42,316 nt of DNA from a bacterium. Lineage in GTDB: Bacteria > Fidelibacterota > Marinisomatia > Marinisomatales > UBA1611. Below, in pieces: positions 27,835-37,459 of this stretch. Location: positions 1-42,316 of the forward strand of contig JABGWJ010000134.1 of the NCBI GenBank assembly GCA_018645565.1, given 5' to 3'. Every line of letters begins with the position of its first letter. Within the stretch, counting starts at the first letter, position 1. The translations under genes and the position numbers were made by a program. Under the pieces are notes generated by a model. It searched no databases. It was not told where the DNA came from and worked only from the letters and a program-made list of their open reading frames with translations.

Positions 27835-29300
27835 ACTTTAAACCTATATTAAATGTTCTTGGAGCATTGCTTTTTCTAATAGGTGTTACATTGTTAATAC
27901 CTATTTTAATTTCAATTTATTTTAGTGAATCAGACACACTTGGTTTTATTAATTCATTTCTAATTTGTACCTGTCTTGGTGCTCCTGTTTGGTTTTTTAC
28001 TAGGAATAATAAATCTTTAAGTAATAAAGTAGGATTTGCTGTAGTTACTTTTTCTTGGATTACGGCAGCTTTAGCTGGTGCTTTGCCATTTTATTTAACA
28101 GGTGCTATTCCAAATTTCACTGATGCTTTTTTTGAGTCTATGTCTGGTGTGACCACGACTGGAGCTAGTATTATTGGAAATCCGGCTACTTTACCAAATT
28201 TACCAAATGGTATCGAGAGCCTTAGTCACGGTCTTTTGTTTTGGAGGTCATTTATTCAATGGATTGGGGGTATGGGTATTGTCGTATTCTATATAGCCAT
28301 CCTTCCCATTCTAGGTTCAGGCGGAATACAATTATTTAAATTAGAAGTTCCAGGGCCTGTAGCTGACAAAATAAAGCCCAGATTAAGAGAAACTGCAAAA
28401 ATGTTATGGATTGTTTACCTAGGCATTACTTTTGTAAATATAATAGCTCTTGCTCTTGTTGGTATGCCAATATTCGATTCAATCTGTCATGCTTTTACTA
28501 TTATGCCTACTGGTGGTTTTTCTATAAAAAATGCAAGTATTGCATACTATGATAACTACCTTATTGAGTTCGTAATTATGTTTTTCATGCTTATAGCAGG
28601 AGTCAACTTTTCGCTTCATTATAAAGCTCTAAACGGATCGTTTAAATCTTATAGTAAAGATAGAGAATTTATAACTTATTTATTTTTAATCGTTTCAATT
28701 AGCTTTTTAATATTTTTATCAATATCGTGGAGTCAGAATAGTTATGATCTGGCTAATTTTAGGCATTCAATGTTTCAAACTATATCGATTATAACCACAA
28801 CAGGGTTCGGCTCTGCTGATTATGAGTTATGGCCTTTCTTTACGCAAGCTGTTCTTCTTTCTTTAATGTTTGTAGGTGCTATGGGTGGGTCTACAGGCGG
28901 CGGAATGAAAATAATCAGAGTTATGGTGCTTGTCAAATATGCAGCTTCAGAAACTAGGAGAATGTTACACTCGCGAGCATTAATTCCTGTTCGTATTGGT
29001 AAACAGTCGATAAATGAAGATGTTGTAAGAAATACTCTTGGTTTCTTTTTGTTCTTTGTATCATCATTCGCTATGTCTTCTATTGCTTTAACTTTCATGG
29101 GTGTAGATCTGTTATCAGCTATAGGTGCAGCCGCTTCAGCAATGGGTAATATAGGTCCTGGTTTAGGTTCTTTTGGCCCTACAGATAATTATGCTCTATT
29201 GCCTCAAGCAGGAAAATGGATATTATCCTTTTGCATGCTCCTAGGCAGGTTGGAGATTTTTACTGTTATTGTTTTATTAAGTAGAACATATTGGAAATAA
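27831..29300 (+). CDS. trkH: Trk potassium uptake system membrane subunit TrkH
   Basis: Polytopic membrane protein with repeated pore-loop motifs (SGVTTTGAS, TGGFS, ITTTGFGS, GGSTGGGMK). Confidence 0.9.
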   Translation: MNFKPILNVLGALLFLIGVTLLIPILISIYFSESDTLGFINSFLICTCLGAPVWFFTRNNKSLSNKVGFAVVTFSWITAALAGALPFYLTGAIPNFTDAFFESMSGVTTTGASIIGNPATLPNLPNGIESLSHGLLFWRSFIQWIGGMGIVVFYIAILPILGSGGIQLFKLEVPGPVADKIKPRLRETAKMLWIVYLGITFVNIIALALVGMPIFDSICHAFTIMPTGGFSIKNASIAYYDNYLIEFVIMFFMLIAGVNFSLHYKALNGSFKSYSKDREFITYLFLIVSISFLIFLSISWSQNSYDLANFRHSMFQTISIITTTGFGSADYELWPFFTQAVLLSLMFVGAMGGSTGGGMKIIRVMVLVKYAASETRRMLHSRALIPVRIGKQSINEDVVRNTLGFFLFFVSSFAMSSIALTFMGVDLLSAIGAAASAMGNIGPGLGSFGPTDNYALLPQAGKWILSFCMLLGRLEIFTVIVLLSRTYWK

Positions 29301-29305
29301 ATCAG

Positions 29306-30070
29306 ATGTTTATAAAAACTAAAATTGAAAAATTAATTGGTAGCTTAATAATTGATAGGCCTGAATCTCTTAATGCTATGAACAATAAGGTTTTAGATGA
29401 ATTAATAATGAAGGTTAAAGAGCTTATATCAGATTCTGACGTCAAGGTAATTATAGTATCTGGTGCTGGAGATAAAGCCTTTATAGCTGGAGCCGATATT
29501 AAGCTAATGCAAGGTATGGGTAAGAAAGAAGCATTAAAATTTGCAAAAAAAGGACATTTGCTTACAAGTTTAATTGAAAATTCAAATAAACCAATAATTG
29601 CTGCAATAAATGGTTATGCATTTGGAGGAGGTTCAGAGCTTGCATTATCATGCCATATAAGAATAGCTAGTGAAGATGCTATTTTTTCTCAGCCAGAGGT
29701 TAAGATAGGGTTATTACCCGGATGGGGCGGAACGCAAAGGTTGCCCAGAATAGTAGGTAAGGGTATTGCAAATGAAATAATATTAACTGGCATGAATATT
29801 TCTGCTGAAAGGGCATATGAAATAGGTCTCGTTAATGAAGTTGTAAAAAAAGATGATTTAATTTCCAATTGTAATAAAATTGCTGATGCTATAATAAGAA
29901 ATAGTCCCAATGCTATTAATGAGTCAATTAAATTAATAAATATTAGTTCAAGTTTAGATTTAAAAGCTGGGCTGGAAATCGAAGCTAAAAGGTTTTCGGA
30001 TTTATTTGAAACCGATGAAACTTTAGAAGGTTTAACTGCTTTCGTTCAAAAAAGACCACCTAAATACTAA
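29306..30070 (+). CDS. Enoyl-CoA hydratase/isomerase (crotonase) family protein
   Basis: FIAGADI, INGYAFGGGSELALSCH, QPEVKIGLLPGWGGTQRL; both catalytic Glu positions are present. I prefer the ATG at 29306 over the track's TTG at 29291, which overlaps the trkH stop. Confidence 0.85.
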   Translation: MFIKTKIEKLIGSLIIDRPESLNAMNNKVLDELIMKVKELISDSDVKVIIVSGAGDKAFIAGADIKLMQGMGKKEALKFAKKGHLLTSLIENSNKPIIAAINGYAFGGGSELALSCHIRIASEDAIFSQPEVKIGLLPGWGGTQRLPRIVGKGIANEIILTGMNISAERAYEIGLVNEVVKKDDLISNCNKIADAIIRNSPNAINESIKLINISSSLDLKAGLEIEAKRFSDLFETDETLEGLTAFVQKRPPKY

Positions 30071-30082
30071 CTAATTGCTAAC

Positions 30083-31108
30083 ATGTCTCGTTTTGTTGTT
30101 CTAGCAATTAATTCTTTCAACCATATTGAAAATAAAACAGGGAATATGCTTATACGTTATATGCAAGATGAAGTAGTAGCAATTATTGACCCTGAAAAAA
30201 AAGGCTTAACCTCAAATGATGTTATTCAAATTGGAGGTGACATCCCAGTGGTTGGTTCATTTAACGATACAAAAAAATATAGACCAGATCACCTTGTCAT
30301 AGGAAATGCTCCTCAAGGGGGAATAGTTAGTGAACAAATGCTTATTGAGATAAAAGAAGCTATAACAAATGGCGTAAATATTGTAAGTGGAATGCATGAG
30401 TTTTTATCCAAGAACACATTTTTAAAAAAACTTGCTAAGAAATCTGGTTCAAAAATTATCGATATAAGGATGCCTCCAAATCCGCCAAATTTTTCGAAAG
30501 GGTCTTGGCGTGAACGTAAGATTCCAGTGCTCTTGGTTGTAGGCACAGATTGTGATACAGGTAAAATGACAACTGCTTGGGAAATTAAAACTAGGCTAAG
30601 TGCATTGAATAAAAAAGTTAAATTTATTGGAACGGGGCAAACAGGGGTATTGCTTTCAGATGGTGTTGCAATAGATGCTGTAATATCAGATTTTATGTCT
30701 GGTGAAATGGAAAACCTTATTGATACTAGAGTAGAGGGCGATACCGACTTAATAATCGTTGAGGGGCAAGGAGCATTATCAAATTATGCATACTCCGGCG
30801 TAACTTTAGGATTAATTCATGGGTGTATGCCCGATTATTTTATTTTAACACATGATCCTAGTCGTTCAAAGGATGTAATGGGACATGAAATACCTGATAT
30901 TAATGAACTTATGCAGCTTCATATTGATCTTATGTCCCATTTTAAAAGGTCTTCATTTATTGGTATCAACCTATTAACCTTCGAAATGGATAAAAGTATT
31001 GCCAAGAAGACAATAAAAGAATTTGAATCATTATATAAACTTCCAACAGCAGATTTAATTAGATTTGGGAATTCAAATTTAATTGAATCAATTTACAATC
31101 TTATTTAA
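30083..31108 (+). CDS. DUF1611 family protein (DgcN-like; putative CoA-dependent N-acyltransferase)
   Basis: ~340 aa with the family-typical P-loop-like VVGTDCDTGKMTTAWEI and IIVEGQGAL. It directly precedes an enolase-superfamily epimerase, which is the conserved partner of DUF1611. Confidence 0.7.
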   Translation: MSRFVVLAINSFNHIENKTGNMLIRYMQDEVVAIIDPEKKGLTSNDVIQIGGDIPVVGSFNDTKKYRPDHLVIGNAPQGGIVSEQMLIEIKEAITNGVNIVSGMHEFLSKNTFLKKLAKKSGSKIIDIRMPPNPPNFSKGSWRERKIPVLLVVGTDCDTGKMTTAWEIKTRLSALNKKVKFIGTGQTGVLLSDGVAIDAVISDFMSGEMENLIDTRVEGDTDLIIVEGQGALSNYAYSGVTLGLIHGCMPDYFILTHDPSRSKDVMGHEIPDINELMQLHIDLMSHFKRSSFIGINLLTFEMDKSIAKKTIKEFESLYKLPTADLIRFGNSNLIESIYNLI

Positions 31109-31110
31109 TT

Positions 31111-32145
31111 ATGGAAATCAAATTTTGTAAAAACAGAATAAATCTTATTCACCCTTTCGGTATCTCACGAAGTTCGAATGATTATTATGATATTATATAT
31201 ATTTATATATTGGATGGAGATATTATTGCTAGAGGTGAAGCAGCACCTTCAAAACGTTACAATGAATCTATCGAATTAATCTTATCTGTTTTAAATAAGG
31301 GGTTAACCGTTCCTGAGGATTATAATTCTAGAAATCATTTATGGAATTTCTTAAAACCTCAGTTAAAAGGTATTTCATCTTTAGAAGCTGCAGTAAATAT
31401 GGCAGTTTGGGACTGGAGTGCACAAAAAGAAAAACTCCCATTATTTAACATGTTTGGTTTTAAAGACGAAATTCTTCCACAAACTAGCTATACGATTGCA
31501 ATAGGGAGTCTAAATGAACTCGATGAGCGGTTGGAAGAAAGCGAACAATGCTCAATATTAAAAGTAAAATTAGGTACTCCAGATAATGATAAAGAAATTA
31601 TTAGAAGAATTAGGAAAAAAACGGATAAATTGATAAGGATTGATGCTAATGAAGGTTGGGACTATGAAATGGCTAAGAGCATGGCATTTTGGCTCGCTGA
31701 TAGGAATGTAGAGTTTATTGAACAACCATTTTTAGCTTTAAATTTAAAAGATACAAAAAGATTAAAATCTATTTCCCCATTACCTTTGATAGCAGATGAG
31801 AATAGTATTTCATCAAATGATTTGAATGGCCTAGTTGATTGTTTCGATGGTATCAATATAAAGCTGATGAAATGTGGTAGCTTTGATGAAGCTTTGAAAA
31901 TGATAGCTCTTGCAAAAAAATTAGAATTGAAAATTATGCTTGGTTGTATGGTTGAGTCTTCAGTAGGCATTACCGCAGCAGCGCACTTATCAAGTGCATG
32001 TGATTTTATTGATCTAGATGGCAATCTTTTAATAAAAGATGATCCTTATAATGGTGTAAAAATTGAGGATGGGCACTTAAAACTCCAATCCTTAAAAGCA
32101 GGTTTAGGGTTAAACCTAAAACAAAAGAAATTTGGATTGCTTTAA
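31111..32145 (+). CDS. Enolase-superfamily (MLE subgroup) dipeptide epimerase-like protein
   Basis: KxK motif ILKVKLG. Metal ligands in IRIDANEGW, FIEQP and IADEN. Second catalytic Lys in NIKLMKCG. DxD in FIDLDGN. Confidence 0.8.
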   Translation: MEIKFCKNRINLIHPFGISRSSNDYYDIIYIYILDGDIIARGEAAPSKRYNESIELILSVLNKGLTVPEDYNSRNHLWNFLKPQLKGISSLEAAVNMAVWDWSAQKEKLPLFNMFGFKDEILPQTSYTIAIGSLNELDERLEESEQCSILKVKLGTPDNDKEIIRRIRKKTDKLIRIDANEGWDYEMAKSMAFWLADRNVEFIEQPFLALNLKDTKRLKSISPLPLIADENSISSNDLNGLVDCFDGINIKLMKCGSFDEALKMIALAKKLELKIMLGCMVESSVGITAAAHLSSACDFIDLDGNLLIKDDPYNGVKIEDGHLKLQSLKAGLGLNLKQKKFGLL

Positions 32146-32147
32146 TA

Positions 32148-32555
32148 ATGAAAATATTAGGAATTGAACACATTGGAATTGCTGTAAAAGATTTAAATGA
32201 ATCATCTTCTTTTTGGGGCAATATTTTAAATATTCTGCATTCTCACTCTGAAAGCGTCAAGTCAGAAAGCGTAAATACAAAAATTTATGATACATCTAGA
32301 GGGAAGATAGAACTTCTCACTTCTATGGAATCTAATTCTCCTATTGATAAATTTATAAGAAATCGGGGTCCAGGGGTACATCATGTATGTTTAGAAGTTG
32401 ATGACGTATATCTTGCTATAATTGAACTTAAATCTTCTGGGATTGAAGTATTAAATGATATTCCTAAAATTGGAGCCGAAGGTTTTAAAGTCATTTTTAT
32501 TCATCCAAAATTTACAGGCGGTGTTTTGGTTGAGTTAGCTGAGAGGCCAGCATAG
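32148..32555 (+). CDS. mce: Methylmalonyl-CoA epimerase (VOC/glyoxalase fold)
   Basis: IEHIGIAV, GPGVHHVCLEVDD, IFIHPKFTGGVLVELAE match the MCE pattern (His/His/Glu metal ligands). Confidence 0.8.
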   Translation: MKILGIEHIGIAVKDLNESSSFWGNILNILHSHSESVKSESVNTKIYDTSRGKIELLTSMESNSPIDKFIRNRGPGVHHVCLEVDDVYLAIIELKSSGIEVLNDIPKIGAEGFKVIFIHPKFTGGVLVELAERPA

Positions 32556-32588
32556 TTTTTTTAATTTGAAAAATAGTTTAATATTCAA

Positions 32589-34421
32589 ATGGAAAAGAAC
32601 CAAGACCAATTAAAAGCCCTTCCTGAATTACCAGGTGTTTATTCCTTTAAAAATAAAAAAAATGTAATAATATACATTGGGAAAGCAAAAAATCTTAAAA
32701 ATAGATTAAGATCATATTTCCAAAGCAAAAAAAATCAATCTTCAAAGACTGTATCTATGATGAAAAATGCAGAAAACTTTGAATGGATTATTGTTGAGAA
32801 TGAGATTGAGGCACTTCTCACTGAGGCAAACTTAATTAAAAAACATCGGCCTAAGTATAATGTTCTGATGAAAGATGACAAATCGTATCCTTATTTACAA
32901 ATTACAAAAGAACCATACCCTCAATTATTGATAACTAGAAAAATAAAAAAAGATGGATCAAAATATTTTGGTCCGTATACAGATTCTCGCAGATTGAGAA
33001 TGATATTAAAGGTTTTGCATAAAGTTTTTCCAATTAGAAGTTGCAGTTATTTTATTGATGATAATTTTATTAAAGAAAAAAAAATTTCTATATGCTTAGA
33101 TTATCATATAAAAAGATGTCAAGGACCCTGTGAAGGTTTAGTTCCTCAATCAAAATATAATAACATGATAAAACATGTTATCGCTTTTATGAAAGGTCAG
33201 ACAAATGAGATAGAAACCTATATCTTATCCAAAATGGAAGAGGCCTCTAGCAATATGCTTTACGAGGAGGCAGCATTATTTAGAGATCAATTAAAATCTA
33301 TTCAAGGATTTAGCTCTCGGAAAAGTCATGTACGTTCAACTCTAGAAGATAGAGATATTTTTGCTCTTGCAAGTAAAAATGAAATTGGGGTAGTAGTAAT
33401 TATCAGAATAAGAAATGGATTTATTTATAGTAGAGAAAAAATATCTTTGCAAAATTTGTTTTATGATGAAAAAAGTACATATAAAACTGTTATTTCACAA
33501 TTTTATATGGAAAGTAATTTAATTCCACCTGTTATTTCTTTGCCAATTAGACCTTCAAATGATCAAGAATTGCAAGAGCTTTTATCTTCAGAGAGAAAGG
33601 GAAAAGTACAATTTGAATATCCTAAAATAGGAGAGAAAGCCAAGGAACTTAGAATAACCATAAAAAATGCTGAACTTCTTTTAAATGATTGGATTTTAAA
33701 AAAAAACAAGTACAAACAATATATACCAAATTCCGTATTATCTTTACAAAGTGATTTAAGGCTTGAGGTACCGCCAAAGAATATCGAAGGTTTTGATATC
33801 TCTCATTTAGGAGGAACAGATACTGTCGCCTCAATGGTGTCTTTTATTGACGGTAAGCCTAGAAAAAAGAACTACAGAAAATTTAAAATTAAAACAGTTA
33901 ATCAAATTGATGATTTTGCATCAATTAGAGAAGTTGTTTTTAGAAGATATAGTCGACTTAAAAAAGAAAAATCTATTTTTCCTGATTTAATTCTGATCGA
34001 CGGGGGTAAAGGCCAATTGAGCATGGCGATGTCTGCTTTGAGAGAGTTAGGGCTCGATTATATACCTATAATTGGATTAGCAAAAAGATTAGAAGAGGTT
34101 TTTGTTCCTGGGAATTCTAATGCTCAAAGTATACATAAAGATTCTACAGGCTTAGTTTTATTAAAAAGAATTCGTGATGAAGCACATCGTTTCGCGGTTT
34201 CTTTTCAAAGGCAGAAAAGAAAGAAAACAACGATAGACTCTCCGTTGTTAGGAATTAGTGGTGTCGGTAAGAAAACAATAAAAAAAATATTTACTAATTA
34301 TGATGGAACTGCTGATTTAGCTAACCAAACACCCGACTCTATTTTTAAAAAAATTGGTTTATCAAAAAAAATAAGTCAAGAAATTATATCTGTATCTAAA
34401 TCGTTACAGAATAAATTATAA
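32589..34421 (+). CDS. uvrC: Excinuclease ABC subunit C
   Basis: GIY-YIG domain (PGVYSFKNKKNVIIYIGKAKNLKNRLRSYF), UVR domain, RNase H-like endonuclease (IEGFDISHLGG) and a C-terminal HhH. Confidence 0.95.
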   Translation: MEKNQDQLKALPELPGVYSFKNKKNVIIYIGKAKNLKNRLRSYFQSKKNQSSKTVSMMKNAENFEWIIVENEIEALLTEANLIKKHRPKYNVLMKDDKSYPYLQITKEPYPQLLITRKIKKDGSKYFGPYTDSRRLRMILKVLHKVFPIRSCSYFIDDNFIKEKKISICLDYHIKRCQGPCEGLVPQSKYNNMIKHVIAFMKGQTNEIETYILSKMEEASSNMLYEEAALFRDQLKSIQGFSSRKSHVRSTLEDRDIFALASKNEIGVVVIIRIRNGFIYSREKISLQNLFYDEKSTYKTVISQFYMESNLIPPVISLPIRPSNDQELQELLSSERKGKVQFEYPKIGEKAKELRITIKNAELLLNDWILKKNKYKQYIPNSVLSLQSDLRLEVPPKNIEGFDISHLGGTDTVASMVSFIDGKPRKKNYRKFKIKTVNQIDDFASIREVVFRRYSRLKKEKSIFPDLILIDGGKGQLSMAMSALRELGLDYIPIIGLAKRLEEVFVPGNSNAQSIHKDSTGLVLLKRIRDEAHRFAVSFQRQKRKKTTIDSPLLGISGVGKKTIKKIFTNYDGTADLANQTPDSIFKKIGLSKKISQEIISVSKSLQNKL

Positions 34422-34439
34422 TATTCTCATAGTCTGCCA

Positions 34440-34469
34440 TTGACGGTTCTTGTGAAAAATTGGTAAATT
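34440..34469 (+). promoter_or_regulatory. Candidate sigma-70-type promoter for uvrB (TTGACG - 18 nt - TGgTAAATT)
   Basis: ttgacg at 34440..34445, TG at 34461..34462, taaatt at 34464..34469. The ATG is at 34477, and no SD lies between. Confidence 0.3.
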
Positions 34470-34476
34470 AGTCATT

Positions 34477-36477
34477 ATGGCAGATTTTAAAATTGAGTCC
34501 TTATATAAACCTACAGGTGATCAGCCTTCCGCAATAGAAGATTTAACATTATCACTTGATAAAGGTGAACCATATACTACTTTATTAGGCATTACTGGTT
34601 CTGGAAAAACTTTTACCATGGCAAATGTTATTGAAACAATTAAAAGGCCAACTTTAATAATGTCTCATAATAAAACGCTTGCTGCGCAATTGTATGGCGA
34701 GATGAAACAACTGTTTCCAAATAATGCGGTTGAATTCTTTATAAGTTATTATGACTATTATCAGCCTGAGGCATATTTACCAGTTACGGATACTTATATT
34801 GAAAAAGATGCTTCGATAAATGAAGAGATTGACAAACTCAGGTTAAAAACAACGAGTTCATTGATGAGTAGGGAAGATGTTATAGTTGTTTCTTCAGTTT
34901 CTTGTATCTATGGCTTGGGTGCTCCAGAAGAATATATAAAAGGCTCTGTAGCTGTTTCTTGCGGTGATAATTTAGATAGAAAGCAGTTATTATCTGATCT
35001 CGTGCACATTCATTATTCAAGAAATGATCAGGTTCTTGAAAGGGGTAATGTTCGAGTGTTGGGGGATGTTATTGAAATCTTTCCAGCGTACGAAGACTTG
35101 TGTATACGAATAGAGCTATTTGGAACAGAAATTGAAACAATTTCTAAATTTGATTATTTGACTGGAGAAATAATCGAAGAAATTCAAAAAGTAGTTATCT
35201 TCCCGGCGAAGCATTTTGTTACAGATAAGGAAAAAACATTACAAGTTATTGATATGATACAAAAAGAGCTTATAGATAGATTAGAATTTTTAAGATCGCA
35301 TAATAAACTATTAGAAGCTCAACGGCTAGAACAACGTACAAATTTTGATATAGAAATGATGATCGAACTTGGTTATTGTTCTGGTATTGAGAATTACTCT
35401 AGATATTTTGCGGGAAGAAAAGAAGGTGAAAAACCATTTACTTTAATAGACTTTTTTCCCGAAAATTTTTTAACAATTTTAGATGAATCTCATGTCACTC
35501 TTCCACAAATAAGAGCAATGTACAATGGAGATCGAGCAAGAAAAATGTCTTTAGTAGAGCATGGTTTTAGATTGCCAAGTGCACTTGACAATAGACCATT
35601 AAAATATGATGAGTTTATCAAATCTCAAAATCAGATGCTTTTTGTTTCTGCTACACCATCTGACACTGAATTAGAGTTTTGTAAAGGAGTTGTTGTAGAA
35701 CAAATTCTTAGACCTACAGGACTGTTAGATCCAAAAGTCGATGTCCGTAGTTCAAAGGGTCAAATTGATGACTTAATTGGTGAAATAAGAAAAAGGTCTA
35801 AAAAGAATGAAAGAGTATTAGTAACCACCTTGACAAAAAGAATGGCTGAAGATTTAACAGATTACTTAAGCGGTGTAAATATAAAAGTGAGATATTTACA
35901 CTCTGAAATAATAAGTGTTGAAAGAGTAAAGATATTGAGAGATTTAAGGATTGGAATTTTTGACGTATTGATTGGTATTAATTTATTGAGAGAAGGTTTG
36001 GACTTACCTGAAGTAAGCTTGGTGGCTGTAATCGATGCTGATAAACAAGGATTTTTAAGGTCAAAAAGCAGTCTTCTGCAAGTAGCTGGCAGAGCTGCAA
36101 GGAACGTTGAAGGCAACGTTATCCTTTATGGCGACAAGGTAACTGATGCGATGGATAATTTGATTATAGAAACAAAAAGACGTAGAAAAGTACAAAATGC
36201 TTACAATATTAAAAATAATATTGTACCCAAGACTATTAATAAATCGATTGATGAAATTATGCTATCTACATCTGTAGCTGGATCTGCTACAGAAGATGAG
36301 ATTATATCAAAGGACCAAAACTTTGAAGACATGACATTGCAGGATCGTGAAAATATTTTATTAGAGCTAAGAAAAGAAATGATTAATTCTGCTGAAAATT
36401 TAGATTTTGAAAAAGCGGCTAAACTCCGAGATGAAATTGATAGTTTTGAAAGAAGCATGAAGGTTGGTGTTAAATGA
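34477..36477 (+). CDS. uvrB: Excinuclease ABC subunit B
   Basis: GITGSGKTFTMANVIE, YYDYYQPEAY, DESHVT, helicase motifs and the C-terminal UVR motif (FEKAAKLRDEI). Confidence 0.95.
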   Translation: MADFKIESLYKPTGDQPSAIEDLTLSLDKGEPYTTLLGITGSGKTFTMANVIETIKRPTLIMSHNKTLAAQLYGEMKQLFPNNAVEFFISYYDYYQPEAYLPVTDTYIEKDASINEEIDKLRLKTTSSLMSREDVIVVSSVSCIYGLGAPEEYIKGSVAVSCGDNLDRKQLLSDLVHIHYSRNDQVLERGNVRVLGDVIEIFPAYEDLCIRIELFGTEIETISKFDYLTGEIIEEIQKVVIFPAKHFVTDKEKTLQVIDMIQKELIDRLEFLRSHNKLLEAQRLEQRTNFDIEMMIELGYCSGIENYSRYFAGRKEGEKPFTLIDFFPENFLTILDESHVTLPQIRAMYNGDRARKMSLVEHGFRLPSALDNRPLKYDEFIKSQNQMLFVSATPSDTELEFCKGVVVEQILRPTGLLDPKVDVRSSKGQIDDLIGEIRKRSKKNERVLVTTLTKRMAEDLTDYLSGVNIKVRYLHSEIISVERVKILRDLRIGIFDVLIGINLLREGLDLPEVSLVAVIDADKQGFLRSKSSLLQVAGRAARNVEGNVILYGDKVTDAMDNLIIETKRRRKVQNAYNIKNNIVPKTINKSIDEIMLSTSVAGSATEDEIISKDQNFEDMTLQDRENILLELRKEMINSAENLDFEKAAKLRDEIDSFERSMKVGVK

Positions 36478-37442
36478 AGATTTTAGTTGTAGGTGGAGCT
36501 GGATATATTGGTTCTCATTTTGTTTTAGAGGCTTCTAGAGCTGGACACAATGTTGTCGTATTCGATGATTTATCCAGTGGCTTTAAAAATAATATAGATA
36601 CTGAAATAGACTTTTTTGAGGGTTCAACATTATCAAATAAAAATCTATCAGAAGTAATGAGCTCTAGTAGTTTTGATGTTGCAGTTTATCTTGCTGCATA
36701 TAAAGCCGCAGGTGAATCTATGTCTGATCCAGTTAAATATGCCTCAAATAATATAATTGGTGGCCTAAATTTCCTAAAAGCCTGTGTTGAGTATAGTGTA
36801 AAGAAAGTTATTTTTTCTTCAAGTGCCGCAGTTTATGGTAATCCATTATATAGTCCAATTGATGAATTGCATTCATTGAGCCCAATTAATTTTTATGGTT
36901 ATACTAAAAAAGTTATTGAAGAAAATTTGAAATGGTATAGTAATTTAAAAAACATAAGATATGCTTCTCTAAGGTACTTTAATGCTGCAGGATATGACAG
37001 TGACAAAAAAAGCCTAAATAAGGAGAATAATCCGCAGAATTTAATTCCTCTGGTCATGGAAGTAGCTGAAGGATCTCGCGAACTGCTTCAAGTATATGGA
37101 AATGATTATTCAACATTAGATGGTACAGGCGTTCGTGATTACATACATGTTACGGATTTAGCCCAAGGGCACTTAGCATCAATTGATTATTTATTTCAAA
37201 ATGATAATAACCTTACTATTAATCTTGGTACCGGGCGTGGGCACTCAGTGTTTGAAATCATTAAAATGACAGAAGCCATAAGCAATAGAAAAATTAATTT
37301 TAAAGTTTCTAAAAGAAGGGCTGGCGATCCTGATGTTGTCATAGCTTCATCTGAGAAAGCTAAACAGCTTATTAATTGGTCTCCAAGCAATTCTGATTTA
37401 AGTAATATAATTGATTCAACATGGGAAATATATAACCGTTAA
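36474..37442 (+). CDS. galE: UDP-glucose 4-epimerase
   Basis: VVGGAGYIGSH, SSSAAVYG, YGYTK (YxxxK), LRYFNAAG, VRDYIHV. ATGA overlap with uvrB. Confidence 0.9.
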   Translation: MKILVVGGAGYIGSHFVLEASRAGHNVVVFDDLSSGFKNNIDTEIDFFEGSTLSNKNLSEVMSSSSFDVAVYLAAYKAAGESMSDPVKYASNNIIGGLNFLKACVEYSVKKVIFSSSAAVYGNPLYSPIDELHSLSPINFYGYTKKVIEENLKWYSNLKNIRYASLRYFNAAGYDSDKKSLNKENNPQNLIPLVMEVAEGSRELLQVYGNDYSTLDGTGVRDYIHVTDLAQGHLASIDYLFQNDNNLTINLGTGRGHSVFEIIKMTEAISNRKINFKVSKRRAGDPDVVIASSEKAKQLINWSPSNSDLSNIIDSTWEIYNR

Positions 37443-37459
37443 AGGAGGTATTTTTTTAT

